Positions 37,925 through 48,165 of a DNA stretch of 64,000 nt are shown in pieces. The DNA lies in contig CM102289.1 in assembly GCA_046563655.1 (NCBI GenBank), positions 1,736,001-1,800,000 of the forward strand, in the 5' to 3' direction. The translations under genes and the position numbers were made by a program. This stretch comes from Yuukianura sp. NJ FZ-2021. Lineage: Eukaryota. Position 1 is the first letter of the stretch, and each line of letters opens with the position of its first letter. The notes under the pieces are model-generated. The model was not told the DNA's origin. It ran no database searches and worked only from the letters and a program-made list of their open reading frames with translations.

Positions 37925-39656
37925 TTATTGTATCAAGTTGCCAATGTCTGTAACAGAGGGAATAGGTGCCCAGGAAAAGCTGTATCCACTTAGTTCGACT
38001 GAACCGTCACTGGAAAAGTCAACGATGACGTCACTGTTGACCAAATAGTGGAGAGCAGTGTTCGAGGTTCCGGTGAATCTGAAATACAAAAAATTAATAT
38101 TAGATCTAAAAATCAACTTTATTGTAATGGACACAGGAAGAGGATGAGAATTAGCATGAACAGCGTAGTTCACACCACGGAGGCTTTGGTAGCTCAGTGG
38201 ACAGAGCGAGCTCCCCGGATTGGAGAATGGCGTGGGTTCGATTCCCACAGACCTCACTTTCGCCACAGCGCTTTTATAGCAATACTTACTCTGGGACATC
38301 ATCGAGAACGGAATTTCCTTTGCTATAGACAACGATGGAATCAAATCCAGATTCCAGATTGACACTTTCAATGGTGAAGACAGATTGTTGGTTGATTGGG
38401 AGGATAGCTAGGATGTTGTCGTAAGGAGAGTAGAATCCGCTAATGAAGATTCCGCTAGATCCGATCAGGAGGCGCGTATCTTGACGCGCCATGGTATTAA
38501 TAGAGCTGTTTGCTACTAAAGATCGTTGCTGAGCTGCAGCAGCGATTTCAGCTGTGACGGAAGCACTTGGAGCCCATGAAACGGTGAATCCAGTCTGCTG
38601 GACTGATCCATCGCTGGAGAAATCAACAATGACGTCACTGTTGACCAAGAAATGGTCCGGGGTGTTTGTGGTTCCGCTTAATCTGGAATTTCAGAATTTA
38701 ATACTTAGTGTTGCTTAGCTAAAACTGTACCCTCAACGTTCCTAAACGAGAGTAAAAAATTTGAAACATAGATTGCGCTCAATGTTCGTGGATTCTAAAC
38801 ATCCAGTGTCTTAATTGCCACTTTCACTGGATATCCAGTGGATGAAATGGGCTCCTACAGGACGGTGGATGGAAGAAATCAGCTGAGTTTAAAAATTTAG
38901 CGCGAATTTCAATTTAATTTAAATTAAATATTATAAGATAATTTAATTTACTATTTAAACCGCTTTTGTATGATTGGTTTTGTTATTTGTAATTTTGTTA
39001 CTAGAATTTGCTGTTGTTTTATAGTGTTTTTGATTTTTGTCCGCTCTTTATTGCTAAATTATTCATATCCCGCGGGCAAAGCTCCGCATCTTTGGATCCG
39101 TCCATTTTGTCCGTTTTTTCCACTGGATATCCAGCCGTGGGCGAAATGTGGATATACAGCAACACTGATTGTGCTTAAAAAATCTCCTACCACTATGGTA
39201 GTTTTGCTTGAGCGGGATCTGTTTCCATTTTTTTTTACTTTTGATTTTAAGAAACCCCGACGGTATGAACAGAAAACTTACTCCAAAACTTGGCTGAGGA
39301 CAGAATTCTCTTTGTTGTAGACAACGATAGAATCGCTTCCTAATTGAAGGTCTGTACGCTCAACAGTGAAAACTGATGGTTGGTTGATTTGAATGATGGC
39401 TAACACATTGTCGTAAGGGGAGTAGTTTCCGGTGGTTGGATAAGAGAATGTTCCGCTAGATCCAGTCAGAAGGCGGGAACTTTGAACTGATGTGGTCTTT
39501 ACTGGTTTCTCCAGGAGCAAAGATCCTATGAAACAAAATTTGAAAGTAAATTTTAAGTGCTAAAAACACAAAAATTTTGTTAGTCTCGATGTTATGGTGA
39601 ATACCTTGAACCGCAGCGATGAACACGGAAATTATAACAACTGCCATGGAATCCAT
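37925..39656 (-). CDS. Secreted protein with two tandem CUB-like domains (280 aa, 4 exons)
   Basis: Exons 39656-39605, 39525-39282, 38682-38290 and 38078-37925, all GT-AG, total 843 nt in frame. Signal peptide MDSMAVVIISVFIAAVQG. Two internal repeats carry GxFS/ISxxxYSPYDN..., DSIVVY and VIVDFSSDGSVxxxG(F/Y)xxSW, matching the CUB C-terminal FxSDxSVxxxGF motif. TATAAA lies at ~39757-39752 on the minus strand. Confidence 0.8.
38180..38256 (+). pseudogene. tRNA-like sequence (pseudo-tRNA or SINE head) in intron 3 of the CUB-like gene
   Basis: D arm TAGCTCAGTGGACAGAGC, stem CTCC-ccggatt-GGAG, and perfect T arm GTGGG-TTCGATT-CCCAC. The acceptor stem pairs only out of register. Confidence 0.6.
38706..39167. 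mobile_element. hAT-like MITE in intron 2 of the CUB-like gene, related to 1616-1830
   Basis: Termini TAGTGTTGCT / AGCAACACTG and internal CACTGGATATCCAG palindromes. No clear TSD. Confidence 0.5.
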
Positions 39657-39783
39657 TTTTTTTAAGGTAGTGATGGTTGTGGGAAGGTTCGTTAATGAAT
39701 TTGGTACTCGGTTTCTGTGAATTGTGGCAATATTGGAAATTTTCAACATATTTATAACTAAAATTCCCTCAGGGTAGTTTTTA

Positions 39784-39955
39784 AGCCCAATTTATACTTT
39801 TCGTTTCCCTGGCGTTTCCCGGGCAAAAGTTTGTCGTAGACGTCTATAACAACCGAATTTTAAATACAAACGTCATGAAGTTTTCGTTAAAATCGTGTCC
39901 TACGACAAACTTTTGCCCGGGAAACGCCAGGGAAACGGAAAGTATAAATTGGGCT
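39784..39955. mobile_element. PIF/Harbinger-like MITE (172 bp)
   Basis: 56-bp terminal inverted repeats with one mismatch (AGCCCAATTTATACTTT...TTTGTCGTAG / CTACGACAAA...GTATAAATTGGGCT), flanked on both sides by TTA. Confidence 0.85.
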
Positions 39956-39972
39956 TTAAAGCGAGTTCAAAT

Positions 39973-40385
39973 TAGTGCTTCAAGTTCGGGCCAAAAATGA
40001 AAAGTTCGTACTTCGAACCTAAGTTCGAACCTTCTGAAGAGCAAGTTCGAACTTTCGAACCTTTTTTTATATGCAAAAAGCAAGGGGCAGTGAAAAAAAA
40101 AATGGCGAGGGTGATAAATTTCGCAATTCACATCCGAAGTGCATTTCCCCATGTATTTGAATTTTTTTCAAAAACTAACTTAAAACAATAGGTTTAAAGT
40201 GAACTAAAACTACTTTCTGAGGCAATATGCCTCGGTTTTTGTTGAAATCCATGCATTGTTGAATATTTGCCAATATTAACGGGTAAGTTCGAACTCTTTT
40301 GGCTGAGGTTCGAACTTCGAACCTAGGAAAACACCCAGGTTCGAGTTCGGAAGTTCGAACTCTAAAGTTCGAACTTGAAGCACTA
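39973..40385. mobile_element. hAT-like MITE (413 bp)
   Basis: 16-bp TIR TAGTGCTTCAAGTTCG / CGAACTTGAAGCACTA. Perfect 8-bp TSD GTTCAAAT (39965-39972, 40386-40393). Clustered subterminal GTTCGAAC motifs. Confidence 0.9.
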
Positions 40386-41927
40386 GTTCAAATGCCCTCA
40401 GGATCATCCTATCATAGACTCAAATGGTAGCGCACCAATACTTCGAATCAAATACTCCGAAGCGAATTGCTCCGAATGAGTTGCTACTAAACCATTTTTC
40501 CAAGGTACATTGCTACGAAAGTGAATTAGGTAAAAATGTTTAGATTAAATCGCTTTGATTAAAAATCGCAAGGCTAGGTTTTGTTAAGGCTGACAATAAT
40601 AAGGTCACAGTCGTTGGAGTTATAAAGTCATTACGCTAGACTAGGTTAGTATATAAAACTTTTTTTAAACCATTTTGCCAATCGTAACTATACGCCATTC
40701 GGAGCAATTGGATTCATAGGAATTCATTTGTAGTAATTCGCTTCGGAGCAAATCTTTCGGAGCAATGGCATGGAACCATGTCAAATTGAGTCATTTTCCT
40801 GTTGAGCCATTTTTGGAAATATTGTTCATTTGTTTTGGATCAATTTTTGTAGATTTCGCTGGAAACTGTATTTGATCAACATGTAGTTGGCGTAAATATT
40901 AGAAGATAACATATTTAATCAAATTACGCTTTTGAAAGGTGAGTGAACTTTAAGATAACTCGGATTTGTATCAGCTTTTAGTACAAATAACTAACAGTCG
41001 CATTTCCTGTTTTTCATCTTATCATTCATTTGTCATACCGCCAATTTTCAGGCACAGGGTATTTGAATCTGACAATCGACATTCATGGCGACAACACACA
41101 GAGCTGCGTTGAACCGTAACTATTGGAGGTTTTTCAATTGACAAGACATATGGTATTATAATTGATAATATTCTAATATTACAGTTATTGGCAAGAAATG
41201 ATAGTCAATAGTGAACACCGCAAGGTTTTTCCGGTTTGCTAGTAAAAACAGATCAAGGGGAATTGTTGAACCATTTTCGGAGTAATTACAGCTAACAGCC
41301 GGACAGCCAGACAAACGGACAAGGGTGACGCATAAAGTAGCTTTCCCTACTTAATAAAAAAATTCCATAGAAGGGAAGGCTATAAATGAGAAATTCTTTT
41401 TCATTTCAGGTATTTGGAAAAATAGGGTGTGTCGCCTAAAAACGTTTTGTCAGTCTATGTGTCTTCGCCAAGTAACCTCCAAAATCCATAGTAATTAGAA
41501 ATAGTTCACGTAACATTCTACTTAAATTTACATTAGGTTTAGTTCTAACAGCGACAAGCTATTCTCAAACTTTTAAAGTGTTTTTGTGCTAAAGTTCCCA
41601 CGCTATCGATCTCCTGCACGAGTTTGCTGAAAAATTTAGTTTGAGGAGAATACGAACTTAAAAATGTGATGGACACAAAAACAACGGGAAAATACTATGA
41701 ATAGCAGTAAAACCTAGTTAAGATGTAACTTATTTCCGTATTTTATGTACATCGGGTGTACCATAAGTCCGTTGGATCTTTCTCTACACAAAACTCATAA
41801 GCTCCAAAAACTCCACAGCGAGAGATAGGAGATGAGATGGAAAAGTTACACAGGGAGAAAGAAGATACAACGGACTTTTGATACATATAAGTTGAAAATT
41901 ATAATTTTCAAGTCTACTGTGAGAGTG

Positions 41928-43209
41928 CTACTTTATAGTTAGGAGAATTGTTACCACGTAGTTGACGATATTTTGATTAACAGTTGCTGTCATTCTATAA
42001 TCTATATAGTTTAATGGACCACATCTGATGTAACACTGTTTGAGTGCATTCACCTTTCTCAACTCTGCTGTTTTTTTCCGCCACTCTCGCATCCTCAACT
42101 GGCGAATATACTCACCAGAGTAGCTATGTGCAAAAGAAGCCGCTAAGAAAGAGATGTTTAAAAGTGTAAATACAAACGTTGCCACGACAATTACAACCAG
42201 ACCAACAAATGATACGCCGATCTCTAGAGATGCCGCAAAAAATAGAGTGCAGAGCGTGCTTCCAGTTACAGCGAAGCCACAAAAAGGCAACAAACAAAAG
42301 TCATTAAAAAGCAAACCAAGGACGGAAATGGCATTGTATCGATGGATTTCAACATTCGTATTTGTGTGGTTTCTCCTGCGCAGAAGATGAGCAGGAGACA
42401 AGAGAAACAGGAACGTGTTGGCGGAAATGAGGATGAGCATGCAGTATTGTAGCATCTTGTACGTGATGAAATACATTTCTATGCCAAAGCAAACCGAAGC
42501 TAATGCTGTGACCAAAAGAGCAAAATTCTGTGTCAGTGTAGGATCCATTGGCGGCAAGTACATTGTTATTGTTGCTGTGGACAGAAATACGGCATCCTGG
42601 TAAAATGCTATTGGTAGCCAGATTGTTAAAGCTGCAATTTGCAGCGGAACACCAACGTAGAAGATGTTCATGAGACGCCGCATTATCGAGTCATCTGAGA
42701 TGTAAAACACATCCCCTGTTAAAGTTACAAGAGAAAAGTTTTCGTATTCAAATTATATTGGAATACATAAAATGTTTTAAAATTCATTCAGTAAGTAAAG
42801 ATGTACATAAATGTATGTATTTAGTATGACAATTACCTTCTTTGTTGTTCAGTAAGATGAGCAATGCGTTAACAAATTGTTGCCAGTGCTTGGCTCTGTA
42901 TATTGCATTGATATCATCGCATATACTTAGAGCCACGGCAAATGATATACCAAGTATGATTACCGTCAGGATTTGCTCCAGTTTGGCAACGTAGTTGACC
43001 CATGCTGCAAATACGGACAACGTGAGAAATGCAATATCACCAAACAGAATTAACATAGACAAGACTCTAAATTTTGTAGAATTGTTTAAATCAAACTGCT
43101 TTTTATAACTGTTCCAAATGAGTGGATTTTGGTATGTGGCGCGGGCTTTTTGAAAAGAACGAAACATTAATTCAACGCAAGGCTTCTCGCTAACAAGCTG
43201 ACTTCTCAT
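41928..43209 (-). CDS. Gustatory-receptor-like 7TM chemoreceptor, copy D (~386 aa, 2 exons)
   Basis: Exon1 43209-42837 (MRSQLVSEKPCVELMF...; GAAG|gtaatt), a 121-bp intron, and exon2 42715-41928. Clear paralog of copies A and C. Confidence 0.75.
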
Positions 43210-44274
43210 TTTTGACTTTTTGTGTATATAAAGGACCACTTTTTTGGGAAGCAAAAACACAAAGAAAACAAAATCTACAAAACACAAACGGTTTTGTCTA
43301 GACAAAGCCTTAAAAAAATGCATTTTGTTCTTCGAAATCAGCCGCAACTTCAATTTTACCAAAGTCTAAATGGTCTTAACACACACAATACTGGAAATCC
43401 AAGCAGATCAATATGAAAATGCATTTAAGTTTTCTCATTCCTCATACGTCAGCCAATTTAAACTTGAAAAGCCCATTAGGCAAAGTTTTCAAAAGCGATA
43501 TTATCAACGACAACTTAATAATGCCGTAGCTGACCAGTTGCTGCTAGGAAAGAAAAAAACGCTTTTATAAGCACATATTTAAGAGCAATTTAGGACCTTT
43601 TAATGTTGGTTATTTCTTATAAACAAAAGAAATGACAAAGCCATGTAAAAAATATGGAAGCAAATAATTAATAAAACACGTTGAAAGCAAACATAAAAAC
43701 ATAAAAATGCAATCGATCCTGCAAAAATAATAGGTATACAGAGATACTCAGCTCTACATTGTATCCATGAGAAGTGTAAAGTCTAGGAATGAATAATTTT
43801 GAATCCAATGATTTTATATACTACAAATTACAGTACTTATTTGTACATTGTTATACTTTTGGTATTAGCATAAATATATGTATATTTAAAAATATCCTAT
43901 ATAAGAATATGCACTATTATTTGAAACTCTAGTGGTTTATGCTACTATGGCAATGACTCCAAAAGTTCCGCTAAAACTCATGTTTAAGAAGAATTTTCGA
44001 AGGCCTTTATGTCAAACTTGGCAATATTTAAAAGTATGCCATGTACCAAAAACTTAAAAAAGTTACTTTTATAGTAAAATCCACCAATAATATTGTTGTA
44101 CTTGTACTTGTACTAGTTTCTGGTGACTAAAATCCGCACAATGCACAACTTCGCAAACGTTAAGCGTTGCAATTTGGTTAGCCTAAAACTAGGTTAACCT
44201 AAAACTTGACGAATCTTAAAAGAGTGACATCCGGGTAACTTCGATTCGGCGGTTACAAACGTGTTACCGCTGTG

Positions 44275-44706
44275 CACAGTGGGGTCGATTCGTATAAACA
44301 ACGACACGCGTTTCGGAGGAAACAAATTAATTGTTGGAAAATAGACAATTATGGAGGCTAAACAGTCGCTAAATTATCAACATAGCAACTGTAAACACTG
44401 CGCGATTTGAATTTTCATGATTGGTGACCTAGGTGACCCCTCATAGACACAATTTTACCCCAAATTCAAAAATCAGTTAAAAATACTAAAGTGCCAAAGT
44501 GGCACGAAGTGGCAGTCGGACTTGGTACGTAAAGGTGTCTAGTTTTTATTCCAACTTTTAGATTACCAGTGGGTTACCGGGATTTTTCGGGATTTCGATC
44601 TGCGTAAATCCCGATTTTGACATTCATTTTTAATGTAATTACGAAAATTAACTTAACGTTTCCCCTAACAACCGTGGCCTGTTATTTTTGATTCTGCCCC
44701 ACTGTG
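44275..44706. mobile_element. Non-autonomous Transib-like DNA transposon (432 bp)
   Basis: TIR CACAGTGGGG / CCCCACTGTG and a perfect 5-bp TSD CTGTG (44270-44274, 44707-44711). CAC-start TIRs with a 5-bp TSD are characteristic of Transib. Confidence 0.85.
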
Positions 44707-44898
44707 CTGTGTAGTTCAACCAGGTCTGCTGTTTACGAAAAGTCAGAAGAATCGTCAGACACCCCGATTAGCATGGCAAGATCACATTATATCAGCTGTC
44801 TGTCGGTCCGATTACAAAGGAGAGACACGTTAAAAGTGGAGTTACTGGATTGGTTACGTGATAAGCTGTGTTACGACGATTAATTGTCGCAATTAGTC

Positions 44899-47871
44899 AT
44901 GCCAAACATAAGCAATATTTCGAAAGTTTTGGTTGCCAATCGAGGTGAAATCGCTTGCCGTGTATTTCGGACATGCAAGAAGATGGGTAAGTTAAGTGAC
45001 ATTCTTCATTGACGTATTTTCGTAACGCGGCGAAGACGCGTAACATTACTCATATAACTTTTTGATTTGTAGGAATTAGGACCGTGGGAGTTTTTTCTGA
45101 ACCGGATGCGAATTCTCAACATGTCCAAATGGCCGACGAGGCCTATTTAATCGGTCCCGCAGCTAGTCGTCTTTCTTATTTAAATCAAGACAAAATCTTC
45201 GAGGTAAGAAAAAAGTCCTTTGCTAATACTTGAAGAAGAAGTCGGTCGAATCCTTAACACTACTTGATATTCGATTACTAGGTTGCAAAACGTTCTGGAG
45301 CTCAAGCAATTCACCCTGGTTATGGTTTCCTCTCTGAAAACTATGACTTTGCTGGGAAATGCAACGACAATGGACTAATATTCATTGGGCCACCACCACA
45401 AGCCATTTATGACATGGGAATTAAGAACAAGTCGAAGGAGTTGATGGTTGCCGCTGGTGTTCCTGTCGTGCCGGGATATCATGGTAGTCAAGCTGCCAAC
45501 GACCTTAACTTACTCAAAGAAGAGGCACTCAAGTATGAGACCAAAGTTTTTAATTAATGAGTCATTTACAATTCGAACCTTATTCACAAACGTTTTGAAT
45601 AGAAATCTCTGATTCTGGACTCTGATTTGTTTTAATAATGAATTATTGACATTAATTTTTAGGCTCGGATTTCCACTAATGATCAAAGCTGTGAAAGGAG
45701 GTGGTGGGAAAGGTAGAGTGTTAGGAGTTTGTGCAATCCTAAATAACTGGATACTAAAATAACTGTATAATCATAATGTGCTGATAATTGTATGATCCAG
45801 GAATGCGAATTGCTCGTACTGCAGAAGAATTTCTTAGCCAAGCCGAATCCTGCCAGTCTGAAGCGGAGAAAGCATTTGGAGATGGGGCTCTATTAATTGA
45901 AAGGTAAGAATTTCTCCCAAAATTTATGAATTACTCATTTGGCATTGATATTTTACAGATTCATTGAAGCACCTCGTCACGTCGAGGTCCAAGTTTTCGG
46001 AGACTCTCATGGCAACTGTGTGTACTTGTGGGAGAGAGACTGTTCGGTACAGCGTCGTCATCAGAAAGTAATCGAAGAAGCTCCAGCTCCCGGACTGGCT
46101 CCTGAGACACGAAAGAAAATCGGAACAGCCGCTGTTAATGCTGCTAAAGCAGTTCATTACGCTGGAGCCGGCACGGTAGAATTCATTGTGGAAAATCAAG
46201 ATTTTTATTTCATGGAGATGAACACTCGGCTTCAAGTTGAGCATCCCGTTACGGAAGCCATCACTGGTTTGGATTTGGTTCAATGGCAACTCCAAGTAGC
46301 AATGGGCCATGAACTACCAATCAAAAATCAAGACCAAATACCAGGTATGTTATTTGATAACAATTTTAACTTTACCTTTGTTGATATCAATTTTATGTAA
46401 TCATTAATCAAGAATCCTGTCTTTAGGCCCGTTCGGTCATGCCATGGAGATGAGAATTTATGCGGAAGACACTGCTGCTGGTTTTGTTCCTGCACCAGGA
46501 CACATTCACACACTCAAAGTTCCTACATCAGATTGCCGTGTCGAATCAGCTGTTATAGAAGGTAAGTGTGCAAATCATAAAATGAAATGAACTAATCAAC
46601 TAAAGTTAGCCTAACAACCTAACCTTATGTTATCACTTCCAGGCGATGAGGTTAGCGTTCACTATGACCCTATGATTGCGAAACTGATTGTCTGGGGAGA
46701 TAACAGATCTGAAGCCATTCGAAAGGCAGACTTGGCCTTGAGTGACTTTAACGTCGGTGGAGTGGAGACCAACATTGACTTTATGAGAAGAATTCTTCAG
46801 TCAAAGGCCTTCGACGGCTCTAAAGTTGTCACAACCAAATTCATTGAAGAGAATAACGATGAATTACTGTCCAAGAAGGTGCTAACTCCTCACCAAGTTG
46901 CCATGGCCACACTAGTGTTATCTGGAATCCAGGATTACTCTACTGGGTCAACTCTTGTTAAGCGGTTCCGATTGAATACGGAGATGAAGTCTCACTTTGC
47001 ACTTAAAGATGGAGAAACGAATGTTCAAGTGTCGTTTGCTTCTCAGCCGAATGAACAAGCTAATCTGAATTGTTTCACCATTGGGAACGTACCAAACTGC
47101 CAAGTGTTTCGAGTCTGGAAAACTGGAAATACATATGACTTGGAAATTCAAGTGGCTGATAAAATGGAAAAAGTGACTGCGTCCCTAGCTGAGAACGAGT
47201 TGACAATCTTCAGCAAGGTAACCTATGCAAAAATTTATTTCTCAATTCTTGTCGATGAAAATAGAAGCAATCTGATTGGCTCTTTTCGTTTGTTGTTTCG
47301 TAGGACGGTTGTTTCAAATTAGAAGTTCCTACACTTGGAATTCAAGACAGAGCGAGTGGGGGAGATCCATCTGGGTCTGGCAGCATAGTGTCACCAATGC
47401 CAGGAACGCTTGAAAAAATACTGGTTTCGCAGGGAGACAAGGTCACAAAAGGTCAACAACTTGGAACACTCGTCGCAATGAAGATGGAGGTAACAGTTTT
47501 TTGGAAATTCTGTTAAGAATTGTATCAGAATTCTAGTGAAAATTCAAATGAAAAGTCGTATGAGAATTCAATTTGAATTCAAATCCTTCAGGGAATTCTT
47601 GCCAGAGTTGTGAGAACTCTTATGAGAGTTTTTGTGAAAGTACTTCTAAGATTTTTTGTTAGAATTTTTCTGAGAGTTCCTATGAGAATTCTAAGAATTC
47701 TTTTAAGAATTCGTTTCAAAATTTTGTTAAAATTCTTAACTGAGTTTTTTTTCTTTGTGTTAGCATGTACTACGTTCTCCATGTGATGGAACCGTTGAAA
47801 AAATCCATCAAGAAGTAGGAAAAACCGTTGCAAAAGGCGGGAAGCTGTTCACTGTCGTGGGGAAGCAATAA
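44899..47871 (+). CDS. MCCC1: Methylcrotonoyl-CoA carboxylase alpha (biotin-containing) subunit, 670 aa, 10 exons
   Basis: Exons 44899-44986, 45073-45203, 45282-45532, 45663-45712, 45801-45903, 45959-46344, 46427-46561, 46643-47217, 47304-47489 and 47764-47871 (2013 nt). Motifs [74 protein letters not shown] and the biotinylation site AMKM. Confidence 0.9.
47505..47745 (+). repeat. Degenerate ~12-bp minisatellite (tgagaattctta-like) in MCCC1 intron 9
   Basis: Periodic gaattc/gagttc/gaactc cores about every 12 nt. Confidence 0.65.
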
Positions 47872-48165
47872 GCCGGATTCCCATGTTTCAGATCTGAGCG
47901 TCTTTAGTGCTTCAAATGCGGAAATCATCTGATTAACAACACAATAGAACTTTATTTTTCAATTGAATTTAGTTTAGAAGTTTAGTAAAAACGAAAATTC
48001 CTAGTCTTTCAGTCACTTGATGTGGTCCAGTTAAATGGAGTTTATGGAGTTTACTTTCACGTTTTAATTACAAATTTTAATTCCGTACTGTTTAGATATA
48101 AGTAAAAGTAAAGATAGAGTTTTCATTTTGTATCGAGTTGCGAATTCAGATTAATTAAGAAAGTT

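Noticed and set aside
38180..38256. Functional tRNA gene
   Set aside because: The acceptor stem is out of register and the anticodon arm is non-canonical; kept only as a pseudo-tRNA or SINE head.
31165..42603. Plus-strand ORFs at 31165, 34039, 35562, 36276, 42154 and 42415
   Set aside because: Antisense shadows of the GR-like exons; they recur only because the paralogs are similar.
47588..47833. 81-aa basic repetitive ORF ([10 protein letters not shown]...)
   Set aside because: Antisense translation of the 12-bp intronic minisatellite.
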